From: Verrucomicrobiota bacterium
GTDB lineage: Bacteria > Verrucomicrobiota > Verrucomicrobiia > Chthoniobacterales > JAFAMB01
Reading direction: 5' to 3'
DNA length: 64,000 nucleotides
Assembly: GCA_019247695.1 (NCBI GenBank)
Contig: JAFBAP010000156.1
Location: 10,298 to 74,297 of the forward strand
Positions within the stretch are counted from its first letter, which is position 1; the number at the start of each line of letters is the position of its first letter. The notes beneath the pieces are model-generated. The model ran no database searches. It saw only the letters and a list, made by a program, of their open reading frames with translations, and had not been told where the DNA came from. Shown piece by piece: positions 29,388-39,900 of this stretch. A program made the position numbers and the translations under genes.

Positions 29388-30542
29388 TCAGACCGCCAAA
29401 ACGCCGTTGCTGAGTTCGCGCACCTTGGCAACCTCACGGGGGATGATCTGCAACGCCTGAGTCACCTCGTCAGGTGTGTTGAATCGTCCGAGCGAAAATC
29501 GCAAACTGCCCCGGGCCCGGTCGGTACTGAAACCCATTGCCTTCAGCACGTGCGACGGTTCAAGGGAACCGGAGGTGCACGCCGAACCGGCCGAGCAACA
29601 GATGCCACGCTGGTCCAACACCAGCAGCATGGTCTCAGAGTCGATGCCCGAAATGGCTAAACTCGTCGTGTTGGGGAGCCGGTGGCGAGGATGCCCGTTG
29701 ATCGCAATCCCCGGAACGGTTTCCAGCAGCCCCATTTCCAGACGGTCACGCAGACGGCGAACCGTCGTGTTTTCGTCACCGAGATGCTCGGCCGCGAGCT
29801 CGGCCGCCGCTCCCAAAGCCACAATCGACGCAGTGTTCTCCGTTCCGCCCCGGCGTTTCCCTTCCTGACCGCCGCCGAGAAGAAAGGGGAAAAATTTCGC
29901 ACGGCGGTTCACGTAAAGCGCCGCCACACCCTTCGGGGCGTGCAATTTATGGCCGGATAGGGACAGGAAATGAATCGGCAGCCGCGAAAGGTCGATCGGA
30001 ACTTTACCGACAGCTTGCACGGCATCCGTATGGAGCGGCGTCTGCCTTTCCCGGCAAATGTCGGCAATCTCCGCAATCGGGAAAAGGACGCCCGTTTCAT
30101 TATTGGCCCACATCAATGAAACGAGGGCCGTGTCGGGCCGGATGGCGCGCTCCAGTTCCTGCAGGTCGATCAGGCCGTTCTGATCCACGCCAAGCCAAGT
30201 GATTTCATAGCCTCGTCGCGCCAGCGCCTCAGCGTGCTTGATGATGGCGCTATGCTCGACTTTGCTCGTGATCAGGTGCTTGCGGTCAGGATCGGCCAGG
30301 AGCGCCGCAGAAATTGCGGCGTTGTCACTTTCGGTCCCGCAACTTGTAAATAGAATTTCGGAAGGTTCGCACCCAAGCAGCCCGGCCACTTGGGCCCGGG
30401 CACGAGCGACCGCCTGACCTGCCGCCTTGCCCAGACGGTAAACGCTCGACGGGTTACCGTATTGCTCCTGGAGAAAGGGCAACATGGCCTCCAGCACCTT
30501 GGGATCAACCTTCGTAGTCGCGTTATTGTCGAAGTAAATCAT
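29388..30542 (-). CDS. nifS: Cysteine desulfurase (NifS/IscS type)
   Basis: YFDNNATT, NNETG, HTDAVQ, SGHKLH, GTEN, SAGSACTSG. Confidence 0.9.
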   Translation of the reverse strand: MIYFDNNATTKVDPKVLEAMLPFLQEQYGNPSSVYRLGKAAGQAVARARAQVAGLLGCEPSEILFTSCGTESDNAAISAALLADPDRKHLITSKVEHSAIIKHAEALARRGYEITWLGVDQNGLIDLQELERAIRPDTALVSLMWANNETGVLFPIAEIADICRERQTPLHTDAVQAVGKVPIDLSRLPIHFLSLSGHKLHAPKGVAALYVNRRAKFFPFLLGGGQEGKRRGGTENTASIVALGAAAELAAEHLGDENTTVRRLRDRLEMGLLETVPGIAINGHPRHRLPNTTSLAISGIDSETMLLVLDQRGICCSAGSACTSGSLEPSHVLKAMGFSTDRARGSLRFSLGRFNTPDEVTQALQIIPREVAKVRELSNGVLAV

Positions 30543-30557
30543 GCGCTCCGTCCCGTT

Positions 30558-30908
30558 TTAGCGTTCCACCATGGTTTCGACCGATTCCACCGGGGTAGTC
30601 CGCTCATTCCGGTGGTGAGCCAGTTCCCGGTATTTGAAATACAAGTTGCGCGCGTAGAGCGGCATCGGCAGCACGGTAATTAAAACACCCACCGAGTCAT
30701 GCCGGTAAAAGGCAAAGTAGCTGAAGGTCAAAACGCTGCCGAGCAGGCTGCATTCCCAGAATCCGACCGGGATGATGCTCTTGCGCGCCCGTTCCGACGC
30801 GATCCACTGCAGAAAGAATCGTAAGCCGAAGATAATGCTTCCGCTCAGGCCGACGATTTTCCATGGATGCAGCTGTATAAAGGCGAGGAAGCTCGCGCAC
30901 CAATTCAT
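30558..30908 (-). CDS. Lipid A biosynthesis N-terminal (LAB_N) domain membrane protein
   Basis: RFFLQWIASERARKSIIPVGFW..SLLG; YARNL. Confidence 0.85.
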   Translation of the reverse strand: MNWCASFLAFIQLHPWKIVGLSGSIIFGLRFFLQWIASERARKSIIPVGFWECSLLGSVLTFSYFAFYRHDSVGVLITVLPMPLYARNLYFKYRELAHHRNERTTPVESVETMVER

Positions 30909-30982
30909 CAGCAGCCTATCGCACCGATGGCGGGACGCTGCAAGGCGCCGCGCATTGCGGCATCAACCGCCGCAGCCGGTCA

Positions 30983-31492
30983 TCAACGGTTGACCGGCTC
31001 AAACACCGGCGGATTCGGCGGCTTGCGGGTCGGGTCGGCGCGCTGGTCGCCATCGTCGTCGTCGCGCTGATGGGGGTCAAAAAAGAGGTCGAAAGCGATA
31101 AACAGCGCCTTTGAATGCCGGGAAAACCAGAAATTGAAAAGGGGCATGGGCACCACGATGAGCAGGAGCGTCCACTCGATGGGCAGCTTCACCCAGAAAT
31201 CCAGGATCAGGTAAATGCTCAGCCCAACCAGCGAGCCCACCCCGTAATTGATGGCAAAAATCGAGAGGAGAAAATAACCGGGCTCGCGGTCGAAGGGGTA
31301 ACCGCAATGGGGACAACCGTCGAGCGGCATAAACCAATCCTGCAGGCTGCGGACGCGGTACCACGGCACGAATAGAGGCCGTTGGCCGCAGGTCGGACAT
31401 TTCCAACGCAGCGCATTGCCCATCATCCAGACAAAACGGCTCCAGGAATACTCGGGCGGAGGCGGAGGGAAACCGTGAGCGCGCGAGCTCAT
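30983..31492 (-). CDS. DUF983-family membrane zinc-finger protein
   Basis: CPTC..CPHC, REPGYF, two TMs; ATG 31492 preferred. Confidence 0.75.
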   Translation of the reverse strand: MSSRAHGFPPPPPEYSWSRFVWMMGNALRWKCPTCGQRPLFVPWYRVRSLQDWFMPLDGCPHCGYPFDREPGYFLLSIFAINYGVGSLVGLSIYLILDFWVKLPIEWTLLLIVVPMPLFNFWFSRHSKALFIAFDLFFDPHQRDDDDGDQRADPTRKPPNPPVFEPVNR

Positions 31493-31537
31493 CGGATAGG
31501 CTACGCCCGAGCCACCGAGTTGCAAGCTGAACGCGGC

Positions 31538-32644
31538 TCAGGCCACCAGCTCAAGTTCGTCGTAGAAGGCATTGCGCAGGACCGGGCGATACCCTGCATT
31601 CAGGATGGCCTGGCGAAGCGCGGGGGCGCTCTGCTGCACGGGCGAGTCGACGCCTGCCATGTGATAAATCCTCTCTTCCTCAATCGTGCCGTCGAGGTCG
31701 TCAGCGCCGAAGCGGAGGGCCTTTTGCGCGAGTTCCAGGCCGAAACTGATCCAATAGGCCTTAATATGCGGGAAGTTATCCAGGAACGCGCGGGCGACGG
31801 CGATGGTTTTCAGCGTTTCGGACTCGGTCGGCCCAGGCAGGTGCCGTAAGCGGTGCGCGGGCTTGAAAGGCAGCGGCAGGAATGCCAGAAAGCCGCCGGT
31901 TTCATCCTGCAGATCGCGCAAACGCCGGAGGTGATCGACCCGGTCGGCATACGATTCCACGTGCCCGAACAGCATCGTGGCGGTGGAACGTATACCGTGC
32001 CGGTGGGCGGTGCGGTGGACGTGGAGCCATTCGTCGGCCGATTCCTTACCCCGGCAGATCTGGTTACGGACAGCCGGGGCAAAAATCTCGGCGCCTCCTC
32101 CGGTCAGGCAGCCGAGCCCGGCACTCTGGAGTTCGCTGAGGGTGGCTTCGAGTGACCTTTTACCAATCCAGCCCAGGTGGAGAATCTCTATCGCGGTAAA
32201 CGCCTTAATGGCGGCCCGGGGCGCCGCCGCGCGGATTGCGCGGAGAATTTCCAGATAAAAATCGAATTTCCACGTAGGATGGAGGCCGCCGACCATGTGA
32301 ATTTCCGAGGCGCCGTGTTCATGCGCCGCCGCCGCCCGCTCCGCAATTTCATCGACGGTGAGTTCGTAGGCGCCAGGGTCCCGCCGCCGTTTACCGAACG
32401 CGCAGAAGGCGCATTCCAAGATACAAATATTGGAATAATTGATGTGCCTGTTAACGACGTAATACGCGCGGTCACCCTGCCGCCGGTCCCGTTCCCGGGT
32501 TGCTACCGCCGAAAGGGCGCCCAGATCGTCCGATTCAAAAAGGAGCAAGGCTTCGCGTTCCGTCAGGCGGGTTGGAGGGGCAGCTACGCCCCGGAGAGGA
32601 TCTTGCGGAACCAAAATGGAATTCGCGACTTCTGATTCGATCAT
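31538..32644 (-). CDS. mqnE: CofH-family radical SAM enzyme, aminofutalosine synthase-like
   Basis: NRHINYSNICILECAFC, VGGLHP, KAFTAIE, GGGAEIF, IKAYW, GADDLDGTIEEERIYHMAG. Confidence 0.8.
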   Translation of the reverse strand: MIESEVANSILVPQDPLRGVAAPPTRLTEREALLLFESDDLGALSAVATRERDRRQGDRAYYVVNRHINYSNICILECAFCAFGKRRRDPGAYELTVDEIAERAAAAHEHGASEIHMVGGLHPTWKFDFYLEILRAIRAAAPRAAIKAFTAIEILHLGWIGKRSLEATLSELQSAGLGCLTGGGAEIFAPAVRNQICRGKESADEWLHVHRTAHRHGIRSTATMLFGHVESYADRVDHLRRLRDLQDETGGFLAFLPLPFKPAHRLRHLPGPTESETLKTIAVARAFLDNFPHIKAYWISFGLELAQKALRFGADDLDGTIEEERIYHMAGVDSPVQQSAPALRQAILNAGYRPVLRNAFYDELELVA

Positions 32645-32680
32645 GTAAAACCAGGAAAAGGCGTGAGAGTATCCGAATGT

Positions 32681-33886
32681 ATGGTTGCCGTAAAGCGTAA
32701 GCGCAGGGTGTTCGTAACCGGCATGGGTGTGGTTAGCCCGCTTGGTCCGAATGTTCCTGAGACCGAGCGAGCGCTCCTGGCCGGCAAGGATGCCGTGTCC
32801 GAGGTGACGCTCTTCGACGTTTCAAGGACGCGCTGCAAGACTGCCGGTCAGGTCGAGGGTGCTTGGTTGTCGGAGGCTGTGCCGCGTTCGCGTAAGGCAA
32901 ACCGTCTGCACCGGAGCGCGCGCATGGTCACGCTGGCCTTGCGCGAGGCGCTCAACGGGGCGGGCGCCGCTGTGCGGCCTGAACGGCTGGTGATCGCCAC
33001 CTCCAGCGGCGGTATGTCGAACGGCGAAACCTACTATCGCGAGACGCTCCGGTCAGGTTCCCGGCGGCGCTTTGCCGAGTACGTGGCAAATTACACGCCG
33101 CAAAAGCCGGTCCTGGACGCTCTGGAGGCCGTCGGATTGCGCCTGCCCGTCCAGATCCTGACCAACGCCTGCTCTTCAGGTGCAAATGCCGTCGGCCACG
33201 CCTTCGAACTGGTCCGCAGCGGCCTGTGCGGTTGTGTGCTTTGCGGCGGCTATGACCCTTTGGCTGAACTCGTCTTTGTCGGTTTTGATTCCTTACAGGC
33301 GTCCACGCCGGAAATGATCCGGCCGTTTGACCGTGGCCGGACCGGGCTTGTGCTGGGTGAAGGCGCCGCCGTGCTCGTCCTGGAAGATGAAACGAGCGCC
33401 CTCGCACGCGGGGCTGAGCCATTGGCGGAGCTGGTCGGGTACGGCGCGGCCACCGACACTTTTCACCTTACCCAGCCGGACCCTTCCGGTATCGGCATAA
33501 AACTTGCCATGGAACGGGCACTGGACACGGCCGGGGTTGATCCTGGCGAGATTGGCTACATCAACTGCCACGGTACGGCGACGGCCTTGAATGACGCTAC
33601 GGAAGGTGCCGCGATCTCGGCCCTGTTTCCGCATCGGGTAGCGGCAAGCTCGACCAAGTCCATGATGGGCCACGCCCTTGGCGGGGCCGGCGCCATTGAA
33701 GCCGCCGTCTGCGTACTGGCTTTGCGCGGGCAATTCCTGCCGCCGAACCTCCACTTCCGGGAGCCGGACCCGGGCTGGACCTTTGAGGTGGTTGCAAACG
33801 AGGCGCGTCCTGCCGCGGTGGAGTATGCCCTTTCCAACTCGATCGGGTTTGGCGGGGTTAACGCCTCTCTGCTTTTTCGTCGATGA
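32681..33886 (+). CDS. Beta-ketoacyl-ACP synthase (FabF/type II PKS KS)
   Basis: NACSSG, PFDRGRTGLVLGEG, HGTAT..ND, GHALG, GFGG; catalytic C-H-H intact. Confidence 0.9.
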   Translation: MVAVKRKRRVFVTGMGVVSPLGPNVPETERALLAGKDAVSEVTLFDVSRTRCKTAGQVEGAWLSEAVPRSRKANRLHRSARMVTLALREALNGAGAAVRPERLVIATSSGGMSNGETYYRETLRSGSRRRFAEYVANYTPQKPVLDALEAVGLRLPVQILTNACSSGANAVGHAFELVRSGLCGCVLCGGYDPLAELVFVGFDSLQASTPEMIRPFDRGRTGLVLGEGAAVLVLEDETSALARGAEPLAELVGYGAATDTFHLTQPDPSGIGIKLAMERALDTAGVDPGEIGYINCHGTATALNDATEGAAISALFPHRVAASSTKSMMGHALGGAGAIEAAVCVLALRGQFLPPNLHFREPDPGWTFEVVANEARPAAVEYALSNSIGFGGVNASLLFRR

Positions 33887-35019
33887 ACAGCGTCATTCTC
33901 GGGGTCGGGGCGATGACGCCGGCCGGGGCGACGGCGGTCGAAACCTGGCGGCTGTTAACCGAGGGATACAGCGCCCCGCGCGTGCCGGTGCCGCAACCGC
34001 TCGCGGAAAGGAATTATCTTTACTGCGCGGTACCGGAGAAATTTGTCCGAACCGTTGGGCGCCAGGCGCGCCTGCGTCGTTCCGGTGTGCTCTCGCTCTT
34101 CGGCGCATCGGCCGCATTTGACGCCCTCAAGGATGCCCGGGTGGAGATGACGCCGGCATTCAGCGCTAGCTGCGCCCTCGTCTATGGGGTTTCGTCGGGT
34201 GGCGTGCAGTACACGCGGAGGTTTTACCACGAAATCGTGACCCAGGGTGCCTCTTCGGCCAGCCCTTTACTTTTTCCCGAAACGGTTTTCAATGCCCCGG
34301 CCAGCCATCTGGCCGCGTTGCTCGGGTTGAACGGCAAGACGTACACCGTCGTCGGCGACTCGGCGGTCGGGTTGTCGGCAGTCCAGCTCGGGGACGAACT
34401 CCTGGCGCTCGATCCGGAGGTGGAACACGTGCTGGTGGTTGGAACCGAGGAGGTTGACTGGCTGTTGCCGGATGCATTTGCGGCCTGGCGCCTCACGAGC
34501 AAAGACGGGCGTTGTGAAGTGTACGGCGCCCGCACCGGTCTGGTTTTCGGTGAGGGCGCCGGGGCGGTATTGCTGGGGCGGCAGGGTGACGGACCGGTGA
34601 TTGTCCGGGCGCACCCCGGGCAGACCTTCTTTTCGCGTCAGGACAGCCGGCGGGTTGCGCCCGAAGTTTTCCAGGGCGTCGTGGGTGCAGACCGGCCGGA
34701 TGCGATCGTTACCAGCGCCAACGGCACCGTCGCGGACACAGTCGAGCAGGAAGCGTTCGCCCGGCTGAACCTGGCGGCGCCGGTGTACAGTTACAAGCCG
34801 GCTCTGGGCGACGCCCTGGGCGCGGGAGCGATCCTGCAGACTGTGTTTGGGGCGCTGGCATTGCGGCACCAGTACCTGCCCGGCACCGTGTGCGCGGGCG
34901 ACAAGTACCCCCTGGTGAACCGGCAAAGCCGGTCCTTGCCCATCGAGCGGGTGCTCGTGACGGCAATCGGCTTCAATCAGCAGGTGGGAGCATTGCTGCT
35001 CGGGCGCACGGGGCTTTGA
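33883..35019 (+). CDS. Inactive ketosynthase / chain-length-factor-like protein
   Basis: KS fold (SPLLFPETVFNAPAS, GEGAGA) with catalytic sites replaced (GDSAVG, ANGT, GDALG); ATGA overlap with the KS gene. Confidence 0.8.
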   Translation: MNSVILGVGAMTPAGATAVETWRLLTEGYSAPRVPVPQPLAERNYLYCAVPEKFVRTVGRQARLRRSGVLSLFGASAAFDALKDARVEMTPAFSASCALVYGVSSGGVQYTRRFYHEIVTQGASSASPLLFPETVFNAPASHLAALLGLNGKTYTVVGDSAVGLSAVQLGDELLALDPEVEHVLVVGTEEVDWLLPDAFAAWRLTSKDGRCEVYGARTGLVFGEGAGAVLLGRQGDGPVIVRAHPGQTFFSRQDSRRVAPEVFQGVVGADRPDAIVTSANGTVADTVEQEAFARLNLAAPVYSYKPALGDALGAGAILQTVFGALALRHQYLPGTVCAGDKYPLVNRQSRSLPIERVLVTAIGFNQQVGALLLGRTGL

Positions 35020-35086
35020 ACGATCGGCGGGCGCCGAGGAATTCGAAGAATTATAAATATAGGCTGCGATTCGCGCTCCTGAAAGA

Positions 35087-35115
35087 TTGATCGTCCCCGT
35101 CAACTCCGCCATAAT
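35087..35115 (+). promoter_or_regulatory. Putative leaderless promoter of mntR
   Basis: TTGATC-17 bp-CATAAT, 8 nt before ATG. Confidence 0.5.
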
Positions 35116-35123
35116 CATCGATC

Positions 35124-35564
35124 ATGCCTAGCAAGCCGGCTGCCGACGCCGTCCGCTCGTCCGCCGTTGAGGATTATTTGGAGCGGATTCTGGATCTGAT
35201 AAATACCAAGGGGTATGCGCGAGTGGCGGACATCGCCCAGGGATTAAAGATCTCGCAAGCCAGCGTTACGAACATGGTTCAGCGGCTCGATGCCGAGGGC
35301 TTGCTTAAATATGAAAAGTACCGCGGCCTGGTGCTGACCACCGCCGGCGAGACGCTCGCCCGAAACATCATGCGCCGGCATCACTTGCTGACTGATTTTC
35401 TGCGGATGCTTGGCGTTGACGAGCCGGTTATTTATCGTGATGTCGAAGGAATGGAACACCACATCAGCCCCCAGACGTTACATGCCATCGAGGCGTTAGT
35501 TGAAGAGCTAAAATCGCAACCCAAACTCCTCAGCCGTATCCGCCCTCACGCTCATGGCAATTGA
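35124..35564 (+). CDS. mntR: DtxR/MntR-family metal-dependent regulator
   Basis: EDYLERI, ASVTNMVQRL, YEKYRG, RRHHLL, EGMEHHIS. Confidence 0.88.
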   Translation: MPSKPAADAVRSSAVEDYLERILDLINTKGYARVADIAQGLKISQASVTNMVQRLDAEGLLKYEKYRGLVLTTAGETLARNIMRRHHLLTDFLRMLGVDEPVIYRDVEGMEHHISPQTLHAIEALVEELKSQPKLLSRIRPHAHGN

Positions 35565-36480
35565 ACCGTGCGCATTCGAGGGTTGGACGCGCAATTTGCG
35601 GTTATCCAACGATTCCGTTGAGCTGATCATCACCCTTGAGATCGGGCCGCGGATCATGTCGTACCGGCCCTTGGCGGGGCGGAATATTTTCAAAGTCCTC
35701 GTCGACCAGGCTGGCGGGAAACAGGAAGCCGATTGGAAGCTGCGAGGCGGCCATCGGCTCTGGCTGGCCCCGGAAGACTACGGGCGCGAGAACAGCCTCA
35801 CCTACATCATCGACAACGACGAGGTCGAACACGAGATCCTGGGGGACCACAGCCTCAGGGTGGCGCACACTGCTAAGGCGCCGCACCGGCTCCGGCGGGA
35901 AATGCGGATCCACCTCGCCGCGACCGGCCCGAAAGTAACGGTCGAACACACGCTCTACAACGCCGGACCCGAGCCGATCCTGGGAGCCCCCTGGGCGTTA
36001 TCGGTGATGGCCGCGGGAGGGTTCGCCATCGTTTCTCAACCCGGCCTGGGAACCCACCCGCAGGATTACGTGCCGAATCGCCGGCTGGTGCTTTGGCCCT
36101 TTACCGATTTGTCCGACGAGCGGTTTCGCCTTGGGGCGCGGCTCCTGCGGTTGTACCAGACCAATCACAAGCCGATCAAATTCGGGCTGCAACACCGGGA
36201 CGGGTGGGCCGGCTACGTGCTCGGCGATCACCTGTTTTTGAAGACGATCCCCTTCCTGGAAGGACGGGAATACCCGGATTTCGGGTCCAATTTTGAGGCC
36301 TTTACCAATTGGGATTTCCTGGAGGTGGAAAGCCTCGGCCCGCTGCAGCCGCTTGAGCCGGGCGCTTCGGCCCAGCACGCGGAGCAGTGGGTGGTCTTCG
36401 CGGGGGTAAACCTGCCGGATCCGCAGGAGGAAGAAGCATTCCTGGCGGCGCTGGAACCGTACACGCGGCAATTGTCATGA
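35554..36480 (+). CDS. Galactose-mutarotase-like (DUF4380-like) protein
   Basis: EIGPRIMSY, GGHRLWLAPE, YPDFGSNFEAF..LEVESLGP. Confidence 0.65.
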   Translation: MAIEPCAFEGWTRNLRLSNDSVELIITLEIGPRIMSYRPLAGRNIFKVLVDQAGGKQEADWKLRGGHRLWLAPEDYGRENSLTYIIDNDEVEHEILGDHSLRVAHTAKAPHRLRREMRIHLAATGPKVTVEHTLYNAGPEPILGAPWALSVMAAGGFAIVSQPGLGTHPQDYVPNRRLVLWPFTDLSDERFRLGARLLRLYQTNHKPIKFGLQHRDGWAGYVLGDHLFLKTIPFLEGREYPDFGSNFEAFTNWDFLEVESLGPLQPLEPGASAQHAEQWVVFAGVNLPDPQEEEAFLAALEPYTRQLS

Positions 36481-36947
36481 TGTCGAGAGCACTGGCGGCC
36501 ATCTGTCTCGCAACGGTTTTGCTCGCCGGCGGGTGCGCCACGACCAGCGACTTTGAGGCACGGACAGCGGCCCTGAATCAAACGATCGCCCAAGAGCCGC
36601 CCGGGAACTACTTCATCGGGCGGCGCATGTACCGGCGCGCATACTTTTTCTGGGGTTACGTCCGCAGGCCTCGTGAGCCGTGGAGTAAAGCGCAACTGGT
36701 GATGTTCAACGAACAAAGGCTTCACGCACCGGACCGGGAAGCCACCGCCATCGGGTACGACAACAATTACGAGTACCGGTTGGAAGGGTATTTCTCCGGT
36801 GAGCAGGTGTATGAACCCGCCTCGAATCGATTTTATCCTGAATTTGTCCTGACAAACTATAAACTGTTGTCGACCGCGCCGCCCCAGATTTTTCGGGATG
36901 CAAAGGCGACCGATCCGAATCGCATCTTCATCGATAACCCCGACTGA
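36477..36947 (+). CDS. Hypothetical lipoprotein
   Basis: Lipobox LLAGGC; translationally coupled to the upstream gene. Confidence 0.7.
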   Translation: MMSRALAAICLATVLLAGGCATTSDFEARTAALNQTIAQEPPGNYFIGRRMYRRAYFFWGYVRRPREPWSKAQLVMFNEQRLHAPDREATAIGYDNNYEYRLEGYFSGEQVYEPASNRFYPEFVLTNYKLLSTAPPQIFRDAKATDPNRIFIDNPD

Positions 36948-36974
36948 TGCGGCTTTATCCTGTTCTCTGAGTTC

Positions 36975-39900
36975 ATGGCCGAGATTGACCGTTTCCAACA
37001 CTATCAGGTTCTCAAGCATCCGGATGGCAGCCTCTGGGAGCTTGGCCGCGGGGCCATGGGCGTCACGTATAAGGCATTCGATACCAGCCTGCGCAGTGAG
37101 GTAGCCCTTAAAGTTATCAGCGCGCCGTACCTCAACAGTGAAATGGCCCGGCAGCGTTTCCTGCGAGAGGCGCGGGCTGCCGCCCAGCTCCGGCATCCGA
37201 ACGTCGCGACGGTGTTTCACCTGGGGGAGACCGACGGCACGTTTTTCTATGCCATGGAGTTCGTGGACGGCGAAACGGTGGAGCGCCGGGTCCAGCGGGA
37301 CGGGCCGTTGCGGGTCGACATGGCGCTGAGGATTGCCCGGCAGGTGGCGCGCGCCCTGATCGCCGCCGACCGCCAGCACCTGGTCCACCGTGACATCAAA
37401 CCGGCTAACCTCATGGTCGTCCGGGATGATGACGACGATCACCTTCTGGTCAAAGTGATCGATTTCGGTCTGGCCAAATCGATGGTCCCGACCACCGACC
37501 AGTCCATGACGGTCACGCTGGGAGGCTTCGTCGGCACGCCCCACTTTGCCAGTCCGGAACAGCTCCAGGAACGGCCGATCGACATTCGTTCGGATCTCTA
37601 TTCACTGGGCGCCTCGCTCTGGTACATGCTCAGCGGGCGCCCGCCGTTCCAGGGCTCGCTGGCCAGCGTCATCCACCAGCACCTTGGCCAGCCGCTGCCG
37701 CTGGAGGTGCTGGCCAAACTGCCGCCGCGAGTGGCGGAGCTGCTGAAGGTCATGCTGGCGAAACGGCCGGAGGAACGGATCCAGACCCCGGCCGATGTTA
37801 AGCAGCGCCTGGACGACCTGATTTCCGAACTGCGCGGGTTGAGCCCGACCCTCGTAATCGCACCTCACCCGGGAGCGGGTGCGGGGACCGGCAGTTCGTC
37901 GGCATTTGCGACCGGCCAGGTCATCCGGGGCCGGTACCAGTTGCTTGGTCACGCCCCCAACGATCGCACCCTGTTCAAGGCCAAAGACTTACACGCGAAC
38001 CGGATCGTAGGGCTCCGGCCGTTGTCGCCCGGCATTCACCATGATCCGGCGCGCCTGGAAGCGGTTCAGCAGGAAGTGCAGCGTGTAAGGGCGGTCTATC
38101 ATCCAAACGTGCTGCCGGTCTACGGCCTCGAGACCCACGAGGGCGGCGTAATGCTCGTGAGCCAGTGGGTGGCCGGTTTTTCTTTGCAGGAACTACTCCG
38201 GGTCCGGCGCGAACTTTCGTGGGAGGAAAGCGAGCGGCTGCTGCGCCCGGTTTCCACCCTCCTGGATTTCCTGGCCGACCGCCAGCTCTCGTTTCACGCG
38301 TTGCAACTGCGCGGCATCCTGGTTGAAGCGGCCGAGGCGGAGGAATCCCAAACGACGCTTCTCCGGACCAGCGTTGCCGAATGGCCTGCGTTCACGATCA
38401 AGGTTGACCCGCTCAGCGTCGCGACCCTGGACGAGGTCCGCATGGTTGAGCCGACCCAGACGTTGGTTGAGCTTCCCACCGGCGAGATCGCGCCCCGCCC
38501 GGTGCATCAATTGGCCCGGCTGGGCTATGAACTGCTCGGGGGCGTGCGCGTACCGTCGAGCCCGGGTGCCGGCCTGCCGCGGTTTACTCCCTTGGCTAAC
38601 CTGACCGAACTGGGTAACAGCGTGCTGCGCCAGGGCCTGAACGAACCGGAAAAATTTCCCTCGGCGCTCGATTTCCTTTCCGAACTTGCCGGAGCGCAAT
38701 CCCGGATGCCGCCGAGCGTCCGCCCTGCCTCGACCGCCGTGGGAACCGCCGCGGCGGCCGGTAAAGAGGGGCCGCATCCCGAGAAGGAACCGGCGTCACC
38801 GGCGCCGGCGAATGAAGAAGCCGCCTTGGACCTGCGATCGACGGCTACCGGACGGTTGCTCCAGCTTGTGACCGCTCTGATCACCCTGCTGCTGATCGGG
38901 GCATTGGCTACGCTCGTGTTGACCAATTGGAGGGAGCGCAAACCCGCCGTCGTCGGCAGCGAACCGGTGGCGCGCCAAGGGGCGGTCTCGGTAAATACGA
39001 AACCGGAAGGCGCCACGGTGAAGGTCGATGGCCAAACGCTCGGCAAAACGCCATTGATCGCCGCACCGCTGCCAAGCGGCCAGCAAGTCCTGGTGCTCGA
39101 GTTGCCGGGCTATCATTCCCGGCCGGTACAGGCCCTGATCAAGGAGGGCGCCGTCAATAACCTCGGTATACTTCCCCTGGTGTATGAAGCCGGACAAATA
39201 ACCGTGAAAACAGATCCGCCAGGGGTCGGTTTTGAGCTTGTCGGGCCCGACGGAAAGGTCACGGTTGGAAATGCGCCGGCCACGATCGACAACCTGCCGG
39301 TAGGCCATTACGTCGTCCACTTGCACCGGCCCGGCTTCGGCGGGACCGTCGATCAGGAAGTCAATGTGAGCGCCGGCGCCCCGGCAATCGTGGGGCGCGC
39401 GTTTTATGGCGCGAACGTCACGCTTAAAAGTGATCCGGAAGGAGCCACGATTTACCTGGGTGATCGTGAGTTGGGCAAGACGCCGGCCACGGTCATCCTG
39501 CCCGGGGACAGCGTGGAATTGGTATCCAGGTTAGGAGCGCTCACCCCGGTCAGCCAGATCGTGAAACCGGATCCGAACGGTTCGACGGTGGTCGAATTCA
39601 AACACCCGTACGGGATTGTGCTTGTAACCAGCGACCGTCCGGACGCCGAGGTAAATATCGACGGGGCGAAGCTGGGCAAGCCGCCCCTGCAGGGAATTTT
39701 GCCTCCCGGACGCCATACGGTCACGGTCCGTGCCGAAGGCGCTCCGGAACAGACGCGGGTGACCGATGTCGAAGACGCCATCAAGGTGCCCCTGGCATTT
39801 ACTTTCAAGCCGGTGGCCGAGACCGCAGAGGTGCAACCGGATGCGCGCCCGCCTCGTCCGGTAAAGGCCGGCGTCGCCGAACCAGCCCCAGCCCTTCCAG

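Noticed and set aside
35046-35066. AT-rich stretch upstream of mntR as an MntR/DtxR box
   Set aside because: No convincing palindrome matching DtxR-family operators
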